From Candidatus Marinacidobacterales bacterium (GTDB lineage: Bacteria; Acidobacteriota; Vicinamibacteria; Marinacidobacterales; SMYC01), in assembly GCA_965224085.1 (NCBI GenBank), contig CBDCYI010000004.1, positions 320,001-384,000 on the forward strand: DNA of 64,000 nucleotides, given 5' to 3'. A model generated the notes under the pieces. It was given only the letters and a program-made list of their open reading frames with translations. It was not told the DNA's origin and did not search any database. This document shows, piece after piece, positions 28,980-38,943 of the stretch; positions within the stretch are counted from its first letter, which is position 1; each line of letters starts with the position of its first letter. A program made the position numbers and the translations under genes.

Positions 28980-29186
28980 AGACCTTTTTTTTCTTACTTT
29001 TGGCTCATTGCGGCCAACAGCGTCTATCATTAGGAAGCTATTGCGTCGCAACTGTTGTCCCGCCAGAACGGCCGGGACGTGGAGTTCCAATTGAAACTCT
29101 CACCGCACATGGTAGCAGATTCCGAGTGCAAGTGAAAGTGCGAAGTCTGAACGTTGTCGAAGGCCCAACGGTATGGGGTGCCACAC

Positions 29187-29472
29187 ATGACACGAGCTCG
29201 AGTAACCAAGTCGAGAAAGTCTTCATCGTTTGCTGCGAAACAAAAACTACGCGCCTACGTTCTGATTCAAACCGTGCCGGGACGCGTCGAGGCGAATCAT
29301 CCGCTCACTCGAGCGAATGCCCACCGTCGGGACGGTCGACCCAGTTACGGGCCCTTACGACATCGTCGCGCTGCTTGAGGTCGACGACATCCGCGAGATC
29401 TCCCACCACGTCGCCGGTACCATCGGTGGCATGCGGGGCGTGACCCACACGACCACGCTGATCTGTACCTGA
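29187..29472 (+). pseudogene. Stand-alone Lrp/AsnC ligand-binding (RAM) domain protein with +1 frameshift
   Basis: LRAYVLIQTVPGRVEA / extra A at about 29295 / IIRSLERM...VTGPYDIVALLEV...GVTHTTTLICT*. Confidence 0.8.
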
Positions 29473-30300
29473 GCGCGTCCGCGCATCTTCGAGGTACGTC
29501 GTCGTCAAACGTGGCCGGCGCCCAGGCCATAGGCGGCTCGCCAAGTGGCCCGCAGCTGCAAAGCTCATCATACTCGATTTCGCGAGCAAACTGATCTCGG
29601 AAAATGGCGCATTCAGAATTCCCAGCCGTTCCAGCCGAAGCTCCGTCGTCCGGTGCACGTGGAGTAGAAAGTCCGGGAATTGTCTCAGCACGGGATGCTC
29701 GTCACTCGCGCGCCGTTCGACCGCCCGCGCCAGAAGGTCTATGGCAAAGAGTGACCAAAGCGAGAGCCCGAGAAGACGGCCTCGGTCGCGCGGTTTCTCC
29801 TGAAGCGCCTTGATCGTCTCCGATTCACCGAAGGCGACGTGGCGCTCTTCTTGCCGCGTGGCCCGCTGAAGAATCGATCGAATCTCCCGATGCTCGAGCG
29901 TATCGATGAGCCCGTAGAGCACCGTGAGCACATAACCTTCGCCGAGCGCCATCTCGAGGCACACATGCTCGTTCCAGTCATCACCCATCATGCCCGTCGA
30001 AAGAAAACGCACCGCAGGATGAGCAGCGCTAGGAGTAGCGGAGAGAATCTCGAAGATCTCGAGAAACCGATCGACGTGCTGCAACTCTTCCATCGCCTGG
30101 CGCGCAAGGAAATTCGCCGCATCCAGACTAGGCGCCCGATAAAGCCAATGCCCAACTTGGATCCCCGTCACCTCACCGTAAAGAAACTGATCGAAGATCC
30201 AGATGAGTAGCTCCCGATCCCGCTCCACATCGAATCGCCCCCCCCCAAAATCAAACGACATCTCTTCCCGCGTAAGAACCATCGGCGGCGGTGCACTCAT
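29305..30300 (-). CDS. Ferritin-like di-iron protein
   Basis: FLYGE, EELQH, GEG, EERH (paired ExxH). The C-terminal tail overlaps the Lrp gene in antisense. Confidence 0.75.
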   Translation of the reverse strand: MSAPPPMVLTREEMSFDFGGGRFDVERDRELLIWIFDQFLYGEVTGIQVGHWLYRAPSLDAANFLARQAMEELQHVDRFLEIFEILSATPSAAHPAVRFLSTGMMGDDWNEHVCLEMALGEGYVLTVLYGLIDTLEHREIRSILQRATRQEERHVAFGESETIKALQEKPRDRGRLLGLSLWSLFAIDLLARAVERRASDEHPVLRQFPDFLLHVHRTTELRLERLGILNAPFSEISLLAKSSMMSFAAAGHLASRLWPGRRPRLTTTYLEDARTRSGTDQRGRVGHAPHATDGTGDVVGDLADVVDLKQRDDVVRARNWVDRPDGGHSLE

Positions 30301-30377
30301 AAGGGGATTGTCCCGAAGCGAGCGAACCCGGTCAAGCCCGAGCCCGGAATGCTGAATGCTGCTACGATGCACGGACA

Positions 30378-31064
30378 ATGCCCAACCTCAACGGAACCAT
30401 GGTGGAGTTCGCCGCCAATGGCGGCACCGCAAGCGGCTATTTGACGAAACCCGAGAGCGGCGAGGGCCCCGGCGTCGTCGTGATTCAAGAGTGGTGGGGA
30501 CTCGTCGGCCACATCAAGACGGTGGCGGACCGGATCGCGTCGGTGGGCTATATAGCACTCGCTCCGGACATGTATCACGGTGAAGCGACGAAATCCCCGG
30601 ACGCCGCCGGAAAGCTCATGATGGCTTTGAACATCGACGGCGCGGAGAAGGATTTACGCGGCGCGGTGGATTACCTCGCGAGCGAATCCACCCGCGAGAA
30701 GATCGGGGTCATAGGCTTCTGTATGGGCGGCCAGCTCGCGCTCTTTGCGGCTAGCAAGAACGACCGGATCGGCGCCTGCGTCGACTTCTACGGCATCCAC
30801 CCGAACGTGCTGCCGGATTACGCGCAGATGAAAGCGCCGGTGCTGGGCCTATTTGCCGAGAACGACGGCTTCGTCAACCCGGATGTCGTGAAGGAGCTCG
30901 AAGGGAAGCTGAAGGCTTTCGATGTGTCCACGGATTTTCACATCTATCCGGGTGTCGACCACGCGTTCTACAATGACGAGCGGGAGGTCTACAATCTTCC
31001 GGCGGCGACGGACGCGTGGAACCGCGTCCAGGACTTCTTCGGCAAGCACCTCAAGGCTTCTTAG
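30378..31064 (+). CDS. Dienelactone hydrolase family protein
   Basis: QEWWG, APDMY, GFCMGG, HAFYN. Confidence 0.93.
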   Translation: MPNLNGTMVEFAANGGTASGYLTKPESGEGPGVVVIQEWWGLVGHIKTVADRIASVGYIALAPDMYHGEATKSPDAAGKLMMALNIDGAEKDLRGAVDYLASESTREKIGVIGFCMGGQLALFAASKNDRIGACVDFYGIHPNVLPDYAQMKAPVLGLFAENDGFVNPDVVKELEGKLKAFDVSTDFHIYPGVDHAFYNDEREVYNLPAATDAWNRVQDFFGKHLKAS

Positions 31065-31770
31065 ATTTCTGCGCCATCCGACCGAGGTTTCGCACTTTGC
31101 GCGCAAGCGCGAGCACGAGCTTTACCTCGCGGGGCGTCAGCCCAGCGCGTCCGAAGAGTTCGCGCCATTCCGCGAAGCGTGGTCCCACGTTGTCTCGCGT
31201 AAAGAAGTTGACCTCGAGGAGCGCTTCTTCGAGCTTCGCGAGCGCGGGCTCGGCGTCTTTGAAGGGAGCTCTGTGCGGCGTTGTCTGTTCGGGTGCTTGC
31301 ACCTGATAGACCTCGTAGCAAGTGACCATCACGGACTGGGCCAGGTTGAGCGAAGGCTGCCGTGGATGAGACGGGATTCCGACTCGGCGCTGGCAGTGCC
31401 TCAGATCGTTCTCCATGAGACCTTGGGACTCGCATCCGAAGACGAGCGCAACGGGCGCGCTACCGTCGAGCGCGGCGATCTCGGCGGCCATCGCACGAGG
31501 CGTTATCGGCTTCACGCGCATTCCGGAACGTCCTGACAAGCCCGCGACGTAGACTGCGCCTTCGAGCGCTTCATCGAGGCTCGCGAATTCGCGCGTCGCC
31601 TCCAAGATATCCTCGGAGCGCCACGCCATGCGCCAAGCTTCGACGGTACGCCAATCGCACGGAGCGACGAGGTCGATGCCGTCGAGGCCGGTGTTCGCGA
31701 CAACACGCGCGACCGCGCCGACGTTGGCGGCGTTTTCGGGGCGAACTAGAACGACGCGGACTTTTGGCAT
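31051..31770 (-). CDS. TrmJ/LasT-family SPOUT RNA methyltransferase
   Basis: VVLVRP...NVGAVAR, ALVFGCE..GL, PSLNLAQSV; start MPKVRVV. Confidence 0.9.
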   Translation of the reverse strand: MPKVRVVLVRPENAANVGAVARVVANTGLDGIDLVAPCDWRTVEAWRMAWRSEDILEATREFASLDEALEGAVYVAGLSGRSGMRVKPITPRAMAAEIAALDGSAPVALVFGCESQGLMENDLRHCQRRVGIPSHPRQPSLNLAQSVMVTCYEVYQVQAPEQTTPHRAPFKDAEPALAKLEEALLEVNFFTRDNVGPRFAEWRELFGRAGLTPREVKLVLALARKVRNLGRMAQKSKKP

Positions 31771-31785
31771 ATATGAAGCTCTATT

Positions 31786-32025
31786 ATGGTGGATGAGCGA
31801 CCGTTCGAGAACGTGAAGCGTCGAGCGGACGCTTTTTGGCTTCCTAGGCGCAAGTGGCGCGAGCTCGTTTTCATCGGCGCCCTCGTTCCCGACGGAGATT
31901 TCTTCGTACGGGCGCCCACCCGGCCCATGCCGGCCTTTCGCGACCCCGATCTCTTTCCCGAGGGCGGGCGGTTTCGCGTGTATTTCGAAGACAACGAGCA
32001 AGTACGAATCGAGCGCGCTGACTAA
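31786..32025 (+). CDS. Small hypothetical protein
   Basis: 79 aa, fills the gap between genes, genome-typical codon usage. Confidence 0.55.
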   Translation: MVDERPFENVKRRADAFWLPRRKWRELVFIGALVPDGDFFVRAPTRPMPAFRDPDLFPEGGRFRVYFEDNEQVRIERAD

Positions 32026-32036
32026 TCGCAAGCCAA

Positions 32037-33356
32037 TCAATCGTACGCTTTTTCTGATATTGATCTTCCAGTTTCGATCTTGGCTGCGAGCGCGTCGAGA
32101 GCGACGCGGGCTTGTTCGCCGGTGCGCAAGTCCTTCAAGTTGACTTCGTGCGCGGCCCACTCATCCGGGCCAACGATGACGGCGTAGGGAATGCCGCGTT
32201 GGCTCGCTGCTTTCAAATCCTTGCCTACCCCCGCGGGGGAGTACGGCGTTTCGGCGTGCTTGCCCGCGCGGCGAAGCTCGGTCGTGATCTGGCGCGCGGC
32301 AGCGGTCAGCTCGGCGCCAACGGGGATGACGACAACGTCCGAGCGTGGCGGCGCCTTCGGCATCAGGCCACGATCGCGCAGCATGAGGCTTAGCACGACG
32401 TCGCCCATCCCGAATCCGAGAGCGGGCAAATCGGGTCCGCCGAGCGATTGGACGAGGTCGTCGTATCGGCCGCCACCGCAGATTGCGCGCTCCTTGCCTT
32501 TCCGGTCGTAGAGCTCGAAAACGATCCCTGTGTAATAGGCGAGCCCGCGCACGATTGAAAAATCCACGTCGACGAAGTCTTCGAATCCCGCTTCGGTCAT
32601 CCGCGCGAGATACGTCTCGAGGTCCGAGACCGCCCTTCGTGTCGTTTCGTCGGTGTCGTCGAGCCGAGGCGCGAACCACTCGGAAACGCCTGCGCTACCG
32701 TCGCAGAGCTTTCGAATTTCCACGATACCGCTCTCGGAGACCCCGGCATCCGAGAGAAGTTTTGTAAAGGTTTCGTCGGGCACTTTTCGGTACTTGTCGA
32801 TGGCGATATAGGTGGCGGCGATGTTGTCTTGCGAGACCTCTAGAAGCCCGAGCGCCCCGGCGACGATCCGGCGATCGTTGACGCGGGCGACGACATCTTC
32901 CTTGGTGAGCCCGAGCTCGCGCTGGACGTCGAGTCCTACCGCGAGAAGCTCGGCATCGGCTTCGACCTCGCGGGCGCCGATGATATCGACATTGAGCTGA
33001 AAGTGCTCGCGGAGGCGACCTCGTTGGTTTCTTTCGTAGCGGAACAGCTGGGGGATCGAGAACCACTTGATGGGCTTTTGAAGAGAGGGCGCGCGCGCCG
33101 CCACCATACGCGCCAAAGTGGGCGTCATCTCCGGCCGGAGCGCAACGTCGCGGCCGCCTTTGTCCTGGAAGTTATAGAGCTGAGCCACGATCTCGTCGCC
33201 GGATTTCTTCCTATAGAGCTCGAGGCTCTCTAGCGGTGGGCCGTCATATTCCACGAATCCGTAGCGTGTCGCGACTCGACGCATCGCGTCGAACACGTGC
33301 GTCCGCTCCGCCATCTCCTCGGGGAAGAAATCTCGAAAACCTTTCAGATTCTGCAA
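32037..33356 (-). CDS. hisS: Histidine--tRNA ligase
   Basis: KGFRDF, LRPEMT, FRYER.QRGRLREHFQ, VRGLAYYTG, GGGRYD. Confidence 0.97.
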   Translation of the reverse strand: MQNLKGFRDFFPEEMAERTHVFDAMRRVATRYGFVEYDGPPLESLELYRKKSGDEIVAQLYNFQDKGGRDVALRPEMTPTLARMVAARAPSLQKPIKWFSIPQLFRYERNQRGRLREHFQLNVDIIGAREVEADAELLAVGLDVQRELGLTKEDVVARVNDRRIVAGALGLLEVSQDNIAATYIAIDKYRKVPDETFTKLLSDAGVSESGIVEIRKLCDGSAGVSEWFAPRLDDTDETTRRAVSDLETYLARMTEAGFEDFVDVDFSIVRGLAYYTGIVFELYDRKGKERAICGGGRYDDLVQSLGGPDLPALGFGMGDVVLSLMLRDRGLMPKAPPRSDVVVIPVGAELTAAARQITTELRRAGKHAETPYSPAGVGKDLKAASQRGIPYAVIVGPDEWAAHEVNLKDLRTGEQARVALDALAAKIETGRSISEKAYD

Positions 33357-33445
33357 ATCTGTGAATCCCTTGACTCAAGTTTGTCGAGCGTTTGTTTAGG
33401 CTCGTGTCCGGAACCTATAATCCTCGATTCGAAAGGGTGGGTCGA

Positions 33446-35125
33446 ATGAGCCCTATGGTAGCAGCGATTGGCTGCTTCGTCGTCTATCTTCTTGGCTATC
33501 ACTTCTACGCGAAGCGGATCGCGCGCCATCTCTTCGAGCTTACCGGCAAGAACGAGACACCCGCGCACACGCTTAACGACGGGCAAGACTACGTTCCTTC
33601 CAAGCGCTACGTTCTTTTCGGGCATCATTATGCGTCCATCGCCGGGCTCGCGCCGATGCTCGGCCCCGCGATCGCGGTGATGTGGGGCTGGGTTCCCGCG
33701 ATGATTTGGGTCGTGCTGGGAACGATCTTCATCGGTGCCGTGCACGATTTTAGCGCCTTGGCGGTGAGCTTGCGCGCCAAGGGCAAATCGATTGGAAAGG
33801 TGGCCGAGAGCATCATCGGGCACCGGGCGAAGAGTCTCTTTCACGTCATCATTATCTTTCTCGTAGCCCTTGCGATGGGTGTCTTCGTCCAAGTCGTCTC
33901 TCAACTGTTTTCCTCGAATTTCTATCCCGAGGCTGTGTTCCCGAGCTTCTCTTTGATGGTACTGGCAGTAGCGATGGGGGTGCTTTTCTACAAGAAGGGC
34001 ATGCCGCTCGGACGCTTGACTTTCGTCGGCTTCGTGCTCACGCTCGTCGCCATCTACATGGGCCGTGTTCTCCCCACGCCGGATTTGAGCGTGTCCTCGT
34101 GGAGCTACGTGCTGCTCGCTTACGCCTTTGCCGCGTCCGTTCTGCCCGTGTGGCTCTTGCTCCAGCCGCGAGACTTCCTGAACTCGCTGCTTCTTTATCT
34201 GGGGTTGGTCGCGATCTTTCTCGGGTTTATCCTTCTGAGGCCGAGCTTTGTGGCTCCCGCCTTCGACCCGACGCCGCCGGGTGCTCCGCCCCTCTATCCT
34301 TTCGTGTTCATCGTAGTCGCTTGTGGCGCCGTTTCCGGCTTCCATGCGCTCGTCTCTTCGGGAACGACCGCCAAGCAGCTCAACAAGGAGCAGGACGCCG
34401 TCTTCATCGGCTATGGAGGCATGGTCTGCGAAAGTGTTCTGGGTCTCGCGGCCGTTCTTGCTTGCACCGCGGGTTTCGCGAGCACAACGGCGTGGCGCGA
34501 CCACTACTCGAATTGGGAATCGGCGGACGGTCTCGCTTCGAACTTGGACGCGTTCGTCTCGGGCTCCGCAACGTTCCTCGCGAGCCTCGGGATCGAGCCC
34601 GCTCTCGGGAAGGCGTTCGTGGCACTCGTGGCGGTATCCTTCGCGCTCACGACGCTCGATTCGGCCACGCGGCTTCTGCGCTACAACATCGAAGAGGTTG
34701 CTGAGACGGTGAAGATGCCCGTGCTCGCGAACCGCTATATCGCGACGGCGTTGTCGGTCGCGGCCATTGGTTTCTTCGCGCTGCTACAGGTTGATGGCCG
34801 GCCGGCCGGCGTCGTGCTCTGGGCGGTCTTCGGTACAACGAACCAAGTCATGGCCGGGCTGACGCTTTTGACCGTGACGCTCTACCTTTACTTCCGGAAG
34901 AAGAACTATCTCTATACCGCCATCCCGATGGTCTTCATGCTCGTGACGACCCTCGCCGCGATGGTCATCAACGTCCGGAACTTCTTCAACCAAGGCAGCT
35001 ACTTGCTCCTGGCTGTGGGCGGTGTCGTGCTGTTGCTCGCGCTCTGGCTCATCGTCGAAGGTGTTCTCCGCTTCACCCGCGGCCGCGAAGAGGCGGCTGC
35101 GACTTTGCAAGAGGCGCTTAATTAG
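33446..35125 (+). CDS. cstA: Carbon starvation protein A family transporter
   Basis: TPAH..NDG.DYVP, FGHHYASIAG, GAVHDF, LPVWLLLQPRD, ACGAVSGFH, TTLDSATR, FGTTNQ. Confidence 0.94.
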   Translation: MSPMVAAIGCFVVYLLGYHFYAKRIARHLFELTGKNETPAHTLNDGQDYVPSKRYVLFGHHYASIAGLAPMLGPAIAVMWGWVPAMIWVVLGTIFIGAVHDFSALAVSLRAKGKSIGKVAESIIGHRAKSLFHVIIIFLVALAMGVFVQVVSQLFSSNFYPEAVFPSFSLMVLAVAMGVLFYKKGMPLGRLTFVGFVLTLVAIYMGRVLPTPDLSVSSWSYVLLAYAFAASVLPVWLLLQPRDFLNSLLLYLGLVAIFLGFILLRPSFVAPAFDPTPPGAPPLYPFVFIVVACGAVSGFHALVSSGTTAKQLNKEQDAVFIGYGGMVCESVLGLAAVLACTAGFASTTAWRDHYSNWESADGLASNLDAFVSGSATFLASLGIEPALGKAFVALVAVSFALTTLDSATRLLRYNIEEVAETVKMPVLANRYIATALSVAAIGFFALLQVDGRPAGVVLWAVFGTTNQVMAGLTLLTVTLYLYFRKKNYLYTAIPMVFMLVTTLAAMVINVRNFFNQGSYLLLAVGGVVLLLALWLIVEGVLRFTRGREEAAATLQEALN

Positions 35126-36808
35126 TTCCTGTCCAGAAACACCATAACTTGTTGTGTACGAGAGGCCTATCGAAGATGTGGGTATTATACGTTTTCAGTC
35201 GGCACCTCGTAGGCTCGGAAGCGAATGAAAATCTTGGACGAAACGAGAGGCGAATCGTCAGCAATCCATGGCTATAAACGCAGTAAGAGCAATCATTATT
35301 ATCGTAATAGGTGCCTTGCCATTACCAACAGGTTGCAGGTGATGATGGAACTCCATACGTAGGATTTGAAAGAAGGCAATGAGCGCCATGTGCATCGGTC
35401 GAGACCAAAGACTCGTTTCAAGAACGAAATGACGCCTTCGATTCCGCAGCGAAATCGCCGTAGGCGTTGATAGACCCAGGAACTCTTGACCATATCGGTC
35501 ACCGCGAAGTGAGCCTTGGTAAAGGCAACATCTTCAACTCCCTTGCCTTTGATGGCTTCCAAGTTTGCCTTTGAAGAAAACGCGCCATCGTAGGCAACCT
35601 GGCGCGGGGCCCGTTCGTAGAGTTCGACTTGACGGTCGATCATGGTTTCCGCGAGAGTTGAATCGGACGGATTCCCATCCAAGATCACGCAATCCAAAAT
35701 CATCGAGGACGAGCCACCAGTCAAACACACCTTGTGACCGTAGAGAGTCTCGCGCCGGTCTTTGCGAATAATGTCGGTGTGTTCTTCGAAGATCGAAACG
35801 ACCTTTTCCTCCGCAGGCACACGCTCTTCATCAATCACTCTACGCCGAGTTTGGTTGATGACTTTTTCGGTGAGGACGAGAAAGTGCTTAAAATCCGCGG
35901 CGATCTTCTCCGCACTCGCTCGCTTCACCGGCTCGGTCAAGCCGGACTCGTCCAACTGGTCTGCAACGCGTTGAGCGGAGCGATAGGTTTCTTCCGACAC
36001 CTTCAGTAGATCTCGATAGACGCGACGCCTTTGTTCCTTATCCTTCGCGTTTAGAACTCCCAGTCGACGTCTCTTCGCTCGACGCGTTCGATTGCCGAAG
36101 ACCACTACTGTACCCAGCAGTTCGCGAGTTCGGCACATGAGGCGAGTGAGAACTCGGACGCAGTCATAAAGAAGCTCGGAGTCCGTAGGAGAATGAATAT
36201 TCGACTCCACTACCGTTCAGTCCACTCGTACTTTTCTTCCTTTTTCGATCGCGGTCTTCTCGGCAACACTCACCAACTCTCGGTTGATTTTCTCCAGCGT
36301 TTCGAACTTCACGGCTTTGATGTTTGCTGCTAGGGTCGACTTCGACGGGCTCGGCTCTATGATGCCGAGCTGGCAAAACGTCCGATAGCTTCGAGAGTCT
36401 GCCAAGTGAAACGCCAACTCCCGATAGGTGAACTGATTCAGCTGCTTGACCAACAACGCACGGAGAACCTGCTCCGCGCTCATTCCCCCACGACCAACAT
36501 CGCTCCCTGCCGATGGGGTGACCGACCTCAGGTCTTGCAGTACCAGCTCATTGAGCTTAGGATGGGCATCGAGCAGCGATGATATCGTTTCGAGTTCGCG
36601 TGCGTGCTCCAGCTCCAGCCAGGGCTCGCGAAGGCTTGGTTGTGGGTTGATCGTTTTTCGCATTTAGGGCTGGTCTCCTTTGGAGTTAAGTCGTTTAGAA
36701 TCTGCGTTTTTGTCGACTCGATACTAAACGACACTCCCTCAGAAGGCTAGCCCTAAATTTGCGATTACCCCTTTTTTCTCAACCTCTTACACCTGTCAGG
36801 ACGGGTAC
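35125..36808 (-). mobile_element. ISNCY-family IS, copy 3
   Basis: Same ends; TAATTA at 35119-35124 and 36809-36814. Confidence 0.92.
35299..36663 (-). pseudogene. ISNCY transposase with nonsense mutation
   Basis: TGC to TGA at 36217, immediately after the Asp of RVD*TVV. Confidence 0.9.
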
Positions 36809-36811
36809 TAA

Positions 36812-37588
36812 TTAGCGCGCGCACGTAAGGTGGCGCCCGCCGTCGATGTTGACGGTGTCGCCAGTGATCCATCCGGCCTCGTCCGAAGCTAGAAACGTGA
36901 TCAGCGCAGCGAGGTCTTCGACTTTCCCGACGCGCCCGATCGGATGGGTCGTCTTGCTTCTTTCCAGAAACGCCGCGTACTTCGTCTCATCGAGGCCTGC
37001 CTGACGGTGGAGCTCGGTGACGACGACGCCAGGATTGACGTTGTTCACGCGGACCCCCGCAGGCGCCAGCTCCAGCGCCGAGCAGCGCGTGAGCTGATCG
37101 AGCGCTGACTTGCTCGAGTTATAAGCGAGCACACCCGGGAACGACCGCATGCCATTCACACTCGACACGTTCACGATGTTGCCTTTCCGCCGGATGATGT
37201 GCGGGAGAGAGAGCTGCATGAGATGGAAGACGGAGACGACGTTGATGTCGAACATCTTCTGCCAGTCTTCGAGGGAGGTGTCCTCGATCGTTCCAAAGGC
37301 GATGATCCCGGCCGCATTGACAAGAATATCTAGGCCTTCATATTGAGCCACGGTCTCGTCGACGAGGCGCTTACGGTCTGACACGCTCGTGAGGTCGCCG
37401 GGGATGGCATAGGCCGAGCCGCCCGCGCCCTCAATCTCGAGAACGAGCTCTTTGAGTTTCTCTTCGCGTCGCGCGGTCAACGCTACTTTGGCGCCTTCGC
37501 TTGCGAGGCGCGCCGCCGTGGCTTTTCCGATGCCGCTCGTCGTCCCCGTCACGAGCGCGACCTTGCCTTCGAACCGAATATCCGCCAT
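36812..37588 (-). CDS. Short-chain dehydrogenase/reductase
   Basis: TGTTSGIG, NAAG, NVSS, YNSSK, VNPG, DGG. Confidence 0.95.
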   Translation of the reverse strand: MADIRFEGKVALVTGTTSGIGKATAARLASEGAKVALTARREEKLKELVLEIEGAGGSAYAIPGDLTSVSDRKRLVDETVAQYEGLDILVNAAGIIAFGTIEDTSLEDWQKMFDINVVSVFHLMQLSLPHIIRRKGNIVNVSSVNGMRSFPGVLAYNSSKSALDQLTRCSALELAPAGVRVNNVNPGVVVTELHRQAGLDETKYAAFLERSKTTHPIGRVGKVEDLAALITFLASDEAGWITGDTVNIDGGRHLTCAR

Positions 37589-37648
37589 TCAGAACCTCCT
37601 TCGAGCCGACTAACCTAACGCGTTCGGCGCTCGTGAGACAATGCCCTC

Positions 37649-38584
37649 GTGCCAGAGCTACCGGATATCGAAGTTTACCTCGAAGCGCTCGACACGCGTA
37701 TCGGAGGTGAAATTTTCGAAAAGCTCCAGCTCGGAAGCCCGTTTCTTCTCAGGTCGATAGAACCGAGTCCGAGCGAGCTCGAGGGCAAACGGGTCGTTGC
37801 GCTGCGCCGGCTCGGCAAGCGTGTCGTCATCGGCCTCGAGGACGATCTCTTCATGGTGATCCACCTGATGGTTGCGGGCCGCCTTCATTGGAAAGAAGGT
37901 GCCGCTCGCCCAAAGCTCCAAAAGCGTCGCGGTCTCGCACGCTTCGATTTCTCCTCGGGCTCGCTGACGTTGACCGAGGCCGGCACCAAGAAACGCGCTT
38001 CGCTCCGTCTTGTACGGGGCGACAAAGAGCTCTCGCTTCTCGATCCGGGCGGTCTCGAGGTCCTCGAGGCTGACCTCGAAGCATTTGCGCGAGCCCTCCG
38101 TTTCGAGAACCATACGCTCAAACGATCGCTCACCGACCCTCATCTTTTCAGCGGGATTGGAAACGCCTATTCCGACGAAATCCTGCATCGCGCGAAGCTA
38201 TCGCCGGTGAAGTGGACGTCGCGTCTGAGTGGCGAGGAGATCGAGCGTCTCTATGTCGCGACGCGAGAAACGCTTTCGGCATGGACGGATGAGCTTCGCG
38301 CGGAACGAAAAGGTAAATTTCCAGAAAAGGTCACCGCCTTCCAGCCGAAGATGGCCGTTCATAGCCGCTACGGCAAGCCGTGCCCCGATTGCGCCGGGCC
38401 TATCCAACGTATCCGCTACGCCGACAACGAGACCAACTACTGCCCTGGGTGTCAAACCGAAGGCAAGCTTCTGGCGGATCGCGGTCTCTCGCGCCTCTTG
38501 AAGGGCGACTGGCCAAAAACATTGGAAGCGCTTGAAGAGCGCAAGAGCGAGCGGAGCGAGCACCGCCTCGACGCGAAGACATAA
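37649..38584 (+). CDS. Second Fpg/Nei-family DNA glycosylase
   Basis: PELPDIE, HLMVAG, TEAGTKKRAS, GIGNAYSDEI, CPDC...CPGCQ, LADR.LSRLL. Confidence 0.92.
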   Translation: MPELPDIEVYLEALDTRIGGEIFEKLQLGSPFLLRSIEPSPSELEGKRVVALRRLGKRVVIGLEDDLFMVIHLMVAGRLHWKEGAARPKLQKRRGLARFDFSSGSLTLTEAGTKKRASLRLVRGDKELSLLDPGGLEVLEADLEAFARALRFENHTLKRSLTDPHLFSGIGNAYSDEILHRAKLSPVKWTSRLSGEEIERLYVATRETLSAWTDELRAERKGKFPEKVTAFQPKMAVHSRYGKPCPDCAGPIQRIRYADNETNYCPGCQTEGKLLADRGLSRLLKGDWPKTLEALEERKSERSEHRLDAKT

Positions 38585-38685
38585 CGCGGCGGGTCCTCAG
38601 GGTCCGGACGAGAATCGGTAGTTAATCCTGCCCGGACTCTTACTTCGTGTCCGGTTCTGAGCATGCTAAATTAGAAGAACGAGAC

Positions 38686-38916
38686 ATGAAGTTTGCTGCA
38701 GGGTTATTGTTTGGCACGGTGGTCGGGGCGGCGGCCGCGATATTGGTCGCGCCGATGTCGGGGCACCGTCTTCGTAACTCGCTCACCAAAGAGGCGAAAA
38801 AGCTCGCCGTGCGGGCGACCGAGCTCGTCCCCAACGAGTGGGCTGAAATGGCGGAAGAGGAAGTCACGCGACAAATTCTCGAAAACGTAACCAACCTCCG
38901 CACCGCCGGCTTGTAG
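38686..38916 (+). CDS. YtxH-domain small membrane protein
   Basis: FAAGLLFG.VVGAAAAILVAP.SG..LR. Confidence 0.8.
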   Translation: MKFAAGLLFGTVVGAAAAILVAPMSGHRLRNSLTKEAKKLAVRATELVPNEWAEMAEEEVTRQILENVTNLRTAGL

Positions 38917-38943
38917 CCGAAGACTCCTGTTCGGTTTCTGGAA

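Noticed and set aside
22223-38584. mug plus two Fpg/Nei genes as a dedicated new repair system
   Set aside because: Multiple Fpg/Nei paralogs are common in GC-rich bacteria, and the second copy is 14 kb away and unlinked.
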